From the IMG/VR virus record IMGVR_UViG_3300010268_000001: a DNA stretch of 64,000 bases. One strand, given 5' to 3'. This DNA comes from a virus. Positions 1-9,830 of the stretch are shown piece after piece. The notes beneath the pieces are model-generated. The model did no database searches. It saw only the letters and a program-made list of their open reading frames with translations, and was not told the origin of the DNA. The translations under genes were made by a program, and so were the position numbers. Numbering within the stretch: position 1 is the first letter of the stretch; every line of letters starts with the position of its first letter.

Positions 1-3000
1 TCCGCCTACATTTGAGTTAGGGTAGAATGTCATTCTTATGTGCGCGCCTGTTGGGTTACCGGCAATGATACTGCCTTCTTCGATGGCAAGTGTACCGCCG
101 TCGATAACGGAGTCCGCACTAACGGATACTGTTCCTTTGAAGAACGCGCTACCTGCGTTGATTGTCTTGGTTGGATCACTTGGATCTGGTATTGTCTTGG
201 AACTAATCCAGAAAGTACTTAACGGGTCTCCTACGTATCTTCCATTCCAGATACCTTCGTCGCTTGCGCTAATCCTACCTGGGCCTGTGCCGAATGTACC
301 TATGTCGGCATGGATAGTACCCGTTATGTTGACGTTTGTAGCGGAGATTTCTCCGGCTGAGTTTATTCTAAAGTATGTTGATTCAATGCTTGAATTTGTT
401 ATTGTAAGTCCACCTATGGTTCCGCCGACGGCTTCTATGTTACTTACGATGAGTTTACCTGTGCGTCCGTGGCTGTCGACGAATGTACCATCTATTGATA
501 TATTCTGTCCTATTGTAATCCTGCCTGTACTGTCAAGTGTGATATTCTCTGCTGACAGGGTGCTTTCAGATATTGTCCAGCCTCCTATCGTGCCCTGTCT
601 TGCTGTTATGCCTGAACTGTTAAGTATGGTGTCTCCGGCTTTGATACCGTAATTGGTTCCGTCATAACGCCCTACGATAACCTGGTTGTCGATATTTATA
701 GCCGTTGGAGCCATAATGATATGTGGCTCGTCTTCGTCATCGACTATGCTTCCGTCTTTGATATACCAGTTCCCTATTCTGCCGGACTCAGCGTCTATTA
801 CGCCTTTGATATTAGCTGATGTTGCAGTGAGGTTGCCTTCAAGGTCTACAACAAACTTATCCGTAGCTACTTTAATACCTTCTGCAGAGCTGAGTACCAC
901 CTGACCAAGACTACCTATTGTGATTGTGCCGTCTGAATTTAAGTTTATATTATTACTTGAAAGCTTATCAGGAGACAGCTGCCAGCCGCCTACAGTACCT
1001 GCTATTGCATATATACCGGTATTATTTGCACTAAATACTACTTCGTTTGCCGTATTTTTTAGTACTATTGATGTATCAGAACCGAGCGAGATGCCATTAG
1101 AGCCAATAATGGACTGACCAGCCTTGATTATGCCAGATCCTCTGACTTCAAGCCCGGTTGAATTTATAATAACGCCGTTTGCAGATGTTCCGAAGTAACC
1201 GCTTTGTGACTGGATAGTACCATTAAATATGCCTGATTCCGCTATAATATTACCTTTGAGACTTACAGAACCGTCTGCATTTATGCTGAAGTTGACAGAC
1301 TGTATACCATTGTCATTAATAACTATGGGCGACTGTACATTTACAAGTATACCTGATTCATTAAGGATGACGGCTCCTGCTGCGAGACTGTTTTCTCTTA
1401 TTGTGACACCACCAATAATACCACTTTTGGCAGTGAGCGTGCCGTCGTTAGTCACGATGAAGTTTTTGCCAAGGCTGATTAAGCCTCTTTCCATCGTGAT
1501 CCCGTTGTTTGACAGGCTAAATCCGGTACCTGTTATGCTGCCCTGGCCCGATATTGCAAGACCTGTGGAATCAATCATAACCCCGTCTGCCTGCGAACCG
1601 AACCAGCCGGATGTTGCCCTGACCTGGCCTTGCATGGTTACGTTGCCTTGGCTGTCAATGTTAAAGTTATCTGATACAACACTGCCGTCAGTTTCTATTA
1701 ATAGTTTACCTATCTTAGCAGAGCCTTCTTTTCTTAATACAACATTATCGTTGGCAAGCCTTAGCTGACCAGTCTCGGAATCAAGCACAAAATTACCGGT
1801 GCTATCCTTTATTTCTTTTTCTGTTATGCTCCATCCTGCTATAGAGCCCTTAGTCGCGACAAGACCATTTGCTGTTAATGAGTAACCTGTTCCAGATATC
1901 CCGGTTGAGTTTATAATGGTATCTCCAGCCGTGATATTTCCTGTTACGGTGAGGTTACTGAGTGTTCCGTTTGTAGCATGGATAGTTCCACGTATTGTTA
2001 TGTTGCCGTCTCTTGATATATTAAGAGAATAATTAGTACCGTCAAAGGCCCTAAGCCCATCCTGATCTAACTGGATATATGACGACGCGTCAAGGTCGAC
2101 TCTTAACCCGTATACACTGTCGTCGAGCCTACCAAGGGCGAGATATGTTGTACCGTTGTCCTTGATGACCATTGTGCCTGTATTAATGGTCAAGGACTCG
2201 TCTCCAGTTAAGGATATGGAATCAGGGTTTATGAAGTACTGTTGTATATATGTTGTCTGATTGACCGGGTCTGGTATAAGAGCCTTGATGCCTTCCGGGG
2301 TTATATTAAGACCGCCTATAACACCGTCTTCTGCGTATATACCATACTTTGGATTGTCCGGGTCTGTATTGTCATAAAGGCCAAGAATAGCCTTACCATT
2401 GGCGACGTTAATAGCAGGTATACTGCTATCCATCACAATGGCACCTTTGCTATCGTGTATAGACGTGCTGCTTATGGACCATCCGCCTATTGTACCTGTG
2501 TTGGCTCTGATTTCGCCTGCAATTAATATATTGCCGTCTGCCCCAATTGAGAAATTACCGCTTGTCGTCCTTAACCCATGTTTATCCATTATGATGGAGT
2601 AACCTTGCTCACCATTGTTATCTGTAATTATTTCTATGCCATAGTTTTCCCCATCATAAAGACCCATTTTGACGCGGGCAGCATCGCCGTCTGTTACCTG
2701 GACTGTACCGGTTGTTACGTTTATACCTGCACCGCCCTTTACATTTATCCCGTCGTCTGTTAAGGATACTTTTTCTCCTACAGTAATTTCTCCGCCTGTA
2801 GTGATATTCCCGGCAGTAATCTTACTTGCTTCGAGGCTTACAACTTCAGCACTTGTGACGTGCAGACCCTCGCCAGTAAGCTTAGTAGTCCATGTGCGGC
2901 CACCATCGCTAGAAATAGCAAGCCCGTTCTTTGTAAGCCTTATGACTTTGGCATCTATTGGCCAGTATTCGTCAGTTTCGTTTACCTTTGGCTTGCTCGA

Positions 3001-5355
3001 TACGTAAAGTCCGCCTTTGTCGATTACAAGTAGTTCAGTGTTTCTATCGTTAGGATCAGTACTTGCTGAGGAAGTGATCCTTACATTTGCTGCATTGATT
3101 AGCTGACCAGTAATCACATCGGCTATCATTTGTTTAAAGGCAGCGGTATCACCGACTACATTCCCTACAGCAAGACGGATGGCCTCAATAACACTTGCTT
3201 CTATCTTTTCTGCACTCAGTGTGCCGGTCTTAATCATATCACCGGTTATCTGAGTAACCCTCTCGGCATAGGCATCCATGCGTACAATCGGGGTGGGTGG
3301 CGCTGGGTTACCATTCTCATCTTTTAACGTCTCGGTCTGTCTTGCAAGTGAACTTAACTTAACGCCTATACTTACAGTACATGAAGTTTCTGTGGTGTGG
3401 TCTTGATAGATCTGTATCTTGTTAAGACCAGCTTTAAGCCTCATCGTGAAGCGCTCGGACAGTCCGGCGCCGCATGAAGCGATCTTTTCCCCATTAACGT
3501 AAAGCGTAGCGTAACTGTTAGCACTGAACATTGATGTAATATTATAGTCAGTGCTACAGAATACTGTTGTCTCCCAAAGTACAACATAGTGCTGGAGCGC
3601 GCTTCCTATATAGTCAGAAGCAACAAGGTTCATACCGTCCAGTGCTTCGATTTGACGGTATACGTCAAGCCCGTATATATTAGACGGACCTGGGTCGGGT
3701 ACAGAAACAGGATTATTTTTCATGACTATTGTACCGACCCATTTGTCCTTACCCATGTTGGAAACTATCGACAACTTGTCGGACGTGATTGTATTGGCGC
3801 CGATCAGATCTGTATTGATAATGCCAGATGTTATAATACCGGCATTAAGACCCGCGAATGTACCGGTTTCGCCAATTATTGTTGCAAAATACGCGTTCTG
3901 AGCACTGATCAGCTGAGCCATCAGCTTTCTGAAGTTTACATCAAGCTCGCCGCTCATAAGCTCTGCTTCAAGCTGATCAGCGAGAACGGATATAACTATC
4001 TCCTCTATATGAGCTCCACTCAGTTTATCTATTGCGTCAGCGGAAATCTTTACAGGTCCAGACGCAACCTGATTGATTGCGTTGATTGTCTTTGTTCCGT
4101 CAACATCTACTTTGGATGCGACTATTGTCCCTAATGGGGCATTATTTATTCTGTTGATGATGTCGCTTATGGCAACAGAGCTGGGAAGCGAACCTTTTAA
4201 TTTCCCGGCATCAATAAGAGCATTGTCGCCGTCTATGTCTATTAAAGAAAGAGGTATCTTTATCTGGCTATAGTCATAGGTATGTTCGTAGAAGTTTACA
4301 GATATCCTGCCTGCGCCGCTCATTCTTGTAGCGACGTTGTTCGATATGGTTATGACAGGATTACTGTCGTAATAATCTCCTACGAGCGGTATGGATCTGA
4401 ACAGTGATAATTTATCTGTGGTGGATAGGTCTTCATATGCATAGCACGCATCGAGGCTATATAGTGTTGCGACAGCCTGGGCATAGTTAAATGCCTTGGC
4501 TCTTTCATTTTCGTCGCTGTTCGATATATGAGCCAATACATACATAGAAACGCCAGTAGCCGACCTATAGGCTATCATTTTTTCTGATAGTTCCTGTAGC
4601 TCGGCTGCGTTTTGATAGTACAATCCTCTTACCGCATACCCTGTATATAAATATCCGTCTCCCTTGCCAAGAGAAATAGGCGCGCGTGCAGGATTATACC
4701 CATTTATATTGTCTTCACTGAAAATATGATCTATATTGGTTGCTGATACTATGACGCGAAGACCCTTGTTATGTACAAGTTCTATTAGCTGATTCTGTCT
4801 TTCCCTCGATACAAGCTCGTCATAGCCGAAGTTGTAAAGATATATGCCTTCTGCGCCTATGTCAATCCATTGGTCTATTATATTTGAGATGTCGGCAAGT
4901 GGAAGGTTTGATGTTCTTACGCCGGCATCGACTGCACCGTAGAATGACGTGGGACTTAATTGATGAGTCTTCTCTATTACAATGGCAGCATTGTTCATTA
5001 TAGCAGTATTATAGGGATCTATTCCTGCGAGAATTGTGATTGATAAGTAGCTAAAGTAACGCGCTGCCTCTTCTGCCGTCGTACTATTGTTTACCTTAAT
5101 CGGGTCTCCACTATAGATTGCAATTCTGGGGATTGATAGTGCCCTTATCTGGCCAATGTCTTCAAGGCGCTTTGCTAAGTTTATGTAATCCCCCTGAGGG
5201 TTTATACCGAGTGTTTCCTGTATAGCTACGATGGCGTTCTGGACCTTATTCATGTGTTCGGCCATTATGTAGTCGCCATCGGTTCCGTCAGTAGTGTTAA
5301 CCTTTGGTACGAAGACATCTATCGCCCGGGGGTAAAGGCTGGTTTCGCTACTCAT
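1..5355 (-). CDS. Large tail fibre/receptor-binding protein (>=1785 aa, 3' end beyond window; absent from ORF track)
   Basis: ATG at 5355 with SD AGGAGG at 5363-5368. Hand translation at several points (about 5355-5100, 4400-3300, 2340-2221, 60-1) is open in one frame: MSSETSLYPRAIDVFVPKVNTTDG...HIRMTFYPNSNVGG. The N-terminus resembles the 351-aa fibre gene. It is followed by a TIM-barrel/glycoside hydrolase-like segment, a beta-sandwich (ATLYVNGEKI...MRLKAGLNKIQI) and repeated GTIGGWxI beta-repeats typical of fibres. Confidence 0.85.
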   Translation of the reverse strand, partial: MSSETSLYPRAIDVFVPKVNTTDGTDGDYIMAEHMNKVQNAIVAIQETLGINPQGDYINLAKRLEDIGQIRALSIPRIAIYSGDPIKVNNSTTAEEAARYFSYLSITILAGIDPYNTAIMNNAAIVIEKTHQLSPTSFYGAVDAGVRTSNLPLADISNIIDQWIDIGAEGIYLYNFGYDELVSRERQNQLIELVHNKGLRVIVSATNIDHIFSEDNINGYNPARAPISLGKGDGYLYTGYAVRGLYYQNAAELQELSEKMIAYRSATGVSMYVLAHISNSDENERAKAFNYAQAVATLYSLDACYAYEDLSTTDKLSLFRSIPLVGDYYDSNPVITISNNVATRMSGAGRISVNFYEHTYDYSQIKIPLSLIDIDGDNALIDAGKLKGSLPSSVAISDIINRINNAPLGTIVASKVDVDGTKTINAINQVASGPVKISADAIDKLSGAHIEEIVISVLADQLEAELMSGELDVNFRKLMAQLISAQNAYFATIIGETGTFAGLNAGIITSGIINTDLIGANTITSDKLSIVSNMGKDKWVGTIVMKNNPVSVPDPGPSNIYGLDVYRQIEALDGMNLVASDYIGSALQHYVVLWETTVFCSTDYNITSMFSANSYATLYVNGEKIASCGAGLSERFTMRLKAGLNKIQIYQDHTTETSCTVSIGVKLSSLARQTETLKDENGNPAPPTPIVRMDAYAERVTQITGDMIKTGTLSAEKIEASVIEAIRLAVGNVVGDTAAFKQMIADVITGQLINAANVRITSSASTDPNDRNTELLVIDKGGLYVSSKPKVNETDEYWPIDAKVIRLTKNGLAISSDGGRTWTTKLTGEGLHVTSAEVVSLEASKITAGNITTGGEITVGEKVSLTDDGINVKGGAGINVTTGTVQVTDGDAARVKMGLYDGENYGIEIITDNNGEQGYSIIMDKHGLRTTSGNFSIGADGNILIAGEIRANTGTIGGWSISSTSIHDSKGAIVMDSSIPAINVANGKAILGLYDNTDPDNPKYGIYAEDGVIGGLNITPEGIKALIPDPVNQTTYIQQYFINPDSISLTGDESLTINTGTMVIKDNGTTYLALGRLDDSVYGLRVDLDASSYIQLDQDGLRAFDGTNYSLNISRDGNITIRGTIHATNGTLSNLTVTGNITAGDTIINSTGISGTGYSLTANGLVATKGSIAGWSITEKEIKDSTGNFVLDSETGQLRLANDNVVLRKEGSAKIGKLLIETDGSVVSDNFNIDSQGNVTMQGQVRATSGWFGSQADGVMIDSTGLAISGQGSITGTGFSLSNNGITMERGLISLGKNFIVTNDGTLTAKSGIIGGVTIRENSLAAGAVILNESGILVNVQSPIVINDNGIQSVNFSINADGSVSLKGNIIAESGIFNGTIQSQSGYFGTSANGVIINSTGLEVRGSGIIKAGQSIIGSNGISLGSDTSIVLKNTANEVVFSANNTGIYAIAGTVGGWQLSPDKLSSNNINLNSDGTITIGSLGQVVLSSAEGIKVATDKFVVDLEGNLTATSANIKGVIDAESGRIGNWYIKDGSIVDDEDEPHIIMAPTAINIDNQVIVGRYDGTNYGIKAGDTILNSSGITARQGTIGGWTISESTLSAENITLDSTGRITIGQNISIDGTFVDSHGRTGKLIVSNIEAVGGTIGGLTITNSSIESTYFRINSAGEISATNVNITGTIHADIGTFGTGPGRISASDEGIWNGRYVGDPLSTFWISSKTIPDPSDPTKTINAGSAFFKGTVSVSADSVIDGGTLAIEEGSIIAGNPTGAHIRMTFYPNSNVGG

Positions 5356-5386
5356 CTAAATGCCTCCTTTGGGACTTGGTGGTATT

Positions 5387-5572
5387 CTACTTCTTCTCTA
5401 CGATGCCATAGCGTCCGTCATAAGGGACCCATTTTCTTTTATTCTCGTCCCAATATTCGAGCACGAAGTACTGAATATCTGCGTCCTGGAGGTACGACCA
5501 AGAAACCTCGGTCGTACCCGTGGACGGATTATATATCTGGGTTATTCCCAGCGGAGTATTGTCAAGCGTCAT
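5387..5572 (-). CDS. Small hypothetical virion/baseplate-associated protein (61 aa; start re-called to ATG 5572)
   Basis: SD AAGGAGGAG precedes ATG at 5572 (MTLDNTPLG...). It fills the gap between two structural genes. Confidence 0.75.
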   Translation of the reverse strand: MTLDNTPLGITQIYNPSTGTTEVSWSYLQDADIQYFVLEYWDENKRKWVPYDGRYGIVEKK

Positions 5573-5573
5573 T

Positions 5574-8500
5574 TTACTCCTCCTTAGGTTCATAGTACTT
5601 GATAATAGTCATGACTCCCAAGGCAAGATGCTGTTCGACTATTCTTGCTACTTCATCCTGCGTGAATTTACCTCCATATTCCTTGAGAACTGTGTTCGGC
5701 AGTTTGATAATTGTGATTCCATTAGGGCGATATGGACGTCCGTCAAACGGTGTTATGTCCCACAGATTGAGCGATAGCTCGTCTCTTTTTTCTATCTGTT
5801 CGTTGGTTATGGACTCTGTGAGTCCTCCGCCGCGTCTTCTCGTGTCGAGAGTTATAACGTTGTGCGGTGTGTAGTTATTGATTAATTTAATGCTTCCTAG
5901 TACTATCATTTCTGGATGCACAAGCTGCATTAAAGCAAGTTCCTCAGGAACGAAGGTATGCCGTATGGTGATTTGGTTTTCTGTTATATTGTTGCCTCTT
6001 GTTATTGTATTAGGTAACATATACAGATAAATAGTCTTATTTAAAAGCTTATACGTCGGTACCTCGCGGTATACTACTTTGTCGCCCTCCACTACCGGAT
6101 ACGTGCATTCGTGGCCGCGTGTAGGATTTAAGTCCACATGTATGAACTTTCCGCGGACATTGGTGACCGGGTCTATATAGTCTTCATCGTAGTATCCTTT
6201 ATATTTGTAGTAATCTTCTTGATACTGATATGATACATATATATTATCGTTAAAATGGATGCCACTTGTTAACTGTATAATCCCGTGTTTCGAATCATAG
6301 TCCTTTATACCAAGAGCCTGAATGTTGGCGTACGAATAAGTCATACAAAGCGCACCCGTCTGCACTTCGACAGTGGTGATTATACCGGTTTCATAGTCTA
6401 TTGTGTATGCCTTCTGTGTAAGCATTACTGTCTCGCCGTCAGGATGCCTTATATATAATTTAGGATTCGGAACTCTAAGTATCCTTCTGTTTATTGAATT
6501 AGGAATAATATACATCCTGTCCTGAAGCTTTATAAGCTCTTCCATGTTGGCGCTGGTGTTCGTGTAATTCTTCTTAATGATTTTTATATTGCTATAGGTA
6601 TACGACGCGCGTATTCTTCTTGGAGGAGCTTCGTCGAATATCAGAAGGCCGTTTGCATAGTCAATAGCAAAGCCACTTTGTATATCTTCCCATATGTCGT
6701 CTGCTTCTGTTTCCATCTGGATTACAACTGGTTCAGCCGCAACCCAGTTCTCGTTTTGCGCCTTAAATACGGTAGGTGTTATTGCCTTGAGTTCTTCATT
6801 TGTTGACTGGCCGTACAAAACCCTGAGCGGCGTGTTCTGGACTTTAATAGTTGTGTTGTCTACATACTGGGCGTATTCGTCCCTTACCTTCATGTAGGGA
6901 TATTCTTCCCATGCCTGGTTAAAGTACTCGATAATATTATAATGGTATACTGCCGTTTCTTCTTCTATTAGATCGAATGCTTCTGCAAGAACAGCCATAT
7001 CTTCAACATCCACGATGTCGTTACCATTGAGCCTTGCGATAATATTTGCAACCCTGTCATCTTGAGGGTTCTGTCCGAAATACTCGCGAGCCTTCTCAAG
7101 AATTTCGTCTTTGCTGTATCTAAATCCGATGGTTTTTGAGATTCTATCATAATCATCCTTGTTAAACGAAGTTTTTGTAAAGTTTAGGTATTTGATCTTT
7201 GGAAACCAAGATTCATTGGTGTTAAGGCTTGCCGGGAGTTTTACAATATCGCCGCTTGAGACGTTGTTTACTATAGCGAACGCTCTTTTTGAGGCAACAA
7301 GTTCATAATAGCCGGTTGAAGCCTGTATGATTATATCGTTGTACATTTGCCTAAGGATTGTTCTGCCGTCATATTTTTGCACCTCTCTTAGCTGGTACAG
7401 CATTGTATAGGGAATAATGTTTTCACTGTTTGCTGTGTATATATATTTGCCGGTAAACTTGTCATATATATAGAGGTTTACCCTGTTTTCATACGGGTTA
7501 ATAAAGCGCCCGTCTAATTCTTCTTCGCCACTTACTTCCACCTTGAAGAATATATTCGATTTATCTGCCCATTCGGCGCCGCTTGGTAAGGGCGGAAGCA
7601 GCGTTGACAAAAGTGCAAGGTTTACAAGACCGTCGTCCTTAGTTATCGTAAATGTGGCCTTAGCCATGTTCTGCTCGCCTGGTGTTACCTGTTTTTGCTC
7701 GACTATCTGTACCACATTACCGTTATCATCTACTTTTGTGACAGTCTCCCATCTGTATGTTATAGGCGTTATTACAACTTTAAATGTAACAGGTGCTGAG
7801 TATGGATATATTGTGGATTCGTCATATCCTTCTGCTGTCCTTAGGTCAAAGCTCGTATTGCTGGCGTTAATTGAGAATGCATATAGCGGCATGTTGCCAT
7901 CTATAGGCTCGTCGTCTTGTCGTGATGCTGGCATATATATATTGTTCGGTTTTGCGAAATTACCGTTCGGATCTCTTTCGTAAACCTCAGTATAGTACTT
8001 CCCGGACATTCCATATATGCCTGTATAATATGATACAAAGTCTTGGATCTTGTTTGATATAATCTTCTTAGCAACTATCTGGCTGTTGTCTAGAGGGCTT
8101 ATATCTGCAACATATCTTTGGAACGTATACTCGTGCTTATATAGCTGGCTCTTGTGGTATACACGGTCGTAAATCCATGGGGTAACCTTCCATATATCTT
8201 CGGCAAGTGTTAGAACCACGTTAACGGTGAATTTCTTTGCCTCGGGCTGGTTCCCGATTGCAAACGCCTTTAAAAATCCACAGTTTGATAGAATAATCTT
8301 ACCCTTGCCGTTATATGTCTTTACGGCTATGGACCTTGAGCCAGAGCTATATCTTATAATATCTTTCCAATCCCTTTGTTCGTTCTCGTTTATCAGAGTA
8401 AGTCTTAATGACACCTTTCCGCCGCTGTCTGTATATGGTATATTCTCTATCGAATCCTTTGTAAGGCTATAGTGTCTGTCGATATACCCATCTATCTGAC

Positions 8501-9827
8501 CAAATTCCCTTGAGCCGGTCATAACCGGCGGCTCTATTGTGTATTTTAGTATCGGATCTACATCTCCGAAGCTGACGTTAAGAGCATTTAACTCGTCGTT
8601 TGACAGGTTGTCTATTACAATCTTGCCGCCGACACTTAAGTAGTTCTTTAGTTTTTCGTTAAAGGCCGACATGTCGTGAGTACCGTAGCCTGTTATAAAT
8701 ATTATGTCATAATCATTTATATAGTCCTGTGGAGCCGTGAGGTCTACAGCCCAATATTCAGGATCAAGCTTGTGGTCTTCATTTTGCGAATAGTATGTCT
8801 TGGGCGGATGGGGGTTTACAAATGACACATATTCAGGAAAAGCCCTTCCTACCTCCTGATTGAATGCGACTATAAGCGAAGCCATGTCTTCTGAATAGCC
8901 AGTGTTCAAGAATATAATCCCCGTCTTTATCTCAACTGGATTGTTCTTACTGTAATTGCTTTTAAGGTTTGCAAGAACTCTATACTTAAATTCGAAGGGC
9001 TTTCTTAATTCGTCGGTTATTTTTGATATGCTGGTCGGGGCAAATACCTGGTACGACCTACCCTCCTGCTTGATAGCGTATACGTTGGACGACCAGTAGG
9101 CCGGATCATCCTTATGCTCTACGAATTCTTCATACGGTATACGCGTAAACAGTAGTGTTGATTCTAGAGTTTCCGTTACCTGTGCGCCGGTATAATCGGT
9201 ATATGTAACCTTATATACTTTGTTCTGGTCAAAATTATTGTAGATAATGACGGTGTAATAATTGTCTTCCTGCTGCACCATTCTTATTTTAAAACCAGAA
9301 CGTATTTTTGTGCCGTCATCCGCTGTTATAATGATTGAGTTATTAGTGCCTTCGTATATGTCGGTATATATAAGCGGTGTAACATCTGACCTGTCTGTTA
9401 GATTAGATGCTATCTGACTTTCGGTTTTTATATTATAGCCGTATTGATACGGAACAATCTTATTGGTGCCGCAGAAGCTGTCTAGCTTTACTTTTCTTTT
9501 AAGCGTCGCCCTATAGAATAGCGGCTCTGGGATATCGTCAGCATACTTCTTTATTGAGAACTCATCGGTAACGAGTATATCTTGATTCGGAAGGGTAGTT
9601 ATATACCCAGAGTTGTCCTTTGCAAAATGCAGGTGTTTGTTTTCGCTATAGTCTTCTTTAACATCTATTCCTATGTTCTCACATATAATGCTGACGTTCT
9701 CGCTTGTAATCTCTGGCGATGCTATAAAAGCAAGGTTGGCTGCATTGTTAGGTAGGTTTTTCGACATGCCTATGGAATAGGTTTCATTATTCAGTTTATC
9801 TTCATGCTTCTTGAGCACGCAGCCCAC
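5574..9827 (-). CDS. Large baseplate/fibre-associated structural protein (1417 aa; likely start GTG 9818)
   Basis: Long ORF in the baseplate cluster. It has a central alpha/beta GATase-like/DUF4159-like segment (DYDIIFITGYG...LKNYLSVGGKIVIDN) and two YxIDYxxGxxxF modules. The C-terminal ITLDTRRRGGG...IIKLP...VEQHLALGV segment resembles baseplate wedge proteins. Confidence 0.7.
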   Translation of the reverse strand: MGCVLKKHEDKLNNETYSIGMSKNLPNNAANLAFIASPEITSENVSIICENIGIDVKEDYSENKHLHFAKDNSGYITTLPNQDILVTDEFSIKKYADDIPEPLFYRATLKRKVKLDSFCGTNKIVPYQYGYNIKTESQIASNLTDRSDVTPLIYTDIYEGTNNSIIITADDGTKIRSGFKIRMVQQEDNYYTVIIYNNFDQNKVYKVTYTDYTGAQVTETLESTLLFTRIPYEEFVEHKDDPAYWSSNVYAIKQEGRSYQVFAPTSISKITDELRKPFEFKYRVLANLKSNYSKNNPVEIKTGIIFLNTGYSEDMASLIVAFNQEVGRAFPEYVSFVNPHPPKTYYSQNEDHKLDPEYWAVDLTAPQDYINDYDIIFITGYGTHDMSAFNEKLKNYLSVGGKIVIDNLSNDELNALNVSFGDVDPILKYTIEPPVMTGSREFGQIDGYIDRHYSLTKDSIENIPYTDSGGKVSLRLTLINENEQRDWKDIIRYSSGSRSIAVKTYNGKGKIILSNCGFLKAFAIGNQPEAKKFTVNVVLTLAEDIWKVTPWIYDRVYHKSQLYKHEYTFQRYVADISPLDNSQIVAKKIISNKIQDFVSYYTGIYGMSGKYYTEVYERDPNGNFAKPNNIYMPASRQDDEPIDGNMPLYAFSINASNTSFDLRTAEGYDESTIYPYSAPVTFKVVITPITYRWETVTKVDDNGNVVQIVEQKQVTPGEQNMAKATFTITKDDGLVNLALLSTLLPPLPSGAEWADKSNIFFKVEVSGEEELDGRFINPYENRVNLYIYDKFTGKYIYTANSENIIPYTMLYQLREVQKYDGRTILRQMYNDIIIQASTGYYELVASKRAFAIVNNVSSGDIVKLPASLNTNESWFPKIKYLNFTKTSFNKDDYDRISKTIGFRYSKDEILEKAREYFGQNPQDDRVANIIARLNGNDIVDVEDMAVLAEAFDLIEEETAVYHYNIIEYFNQAWEEYPYMKVRDEYAQYVDNTTIKVQNTPLRVLYGQSTNEELKAITPTVFKAQNENWVAAEPVVIQMETEADDIWEDIQSGFAIDYANGLLIFDEAPPRRIRASYTYSNIKIIKKNYTNTSANMEELIKLQDRMYIIPNSINRRILRVPNPKLYIRHPDGETVMLTQKAYTIDYETGIITTVEVQTGALCMTYSYANIQALGIKDYDSKHGIIQLTSGIHFNDNIYVSYQYQEDYYKYKGYYDEDYIDPVTNVRGKFIHVDLNPTRGHECTYPVVEGDKVVYREVPTYKLLNKTIYLYMLPNTITRGNNITENQITIRHTFVPEELALMQLVHPEMIVLGSIKLINNYTPHNVITLDTRRRGGGLTESITNEQIEKRDELSLNLWDITPFDGRPYRPNGITIIKLPNTVLKEYGGKFTQDEVARIVEQHLALGVMTIIKYYEPKEE

Positions 9828-9830
9828 CTC

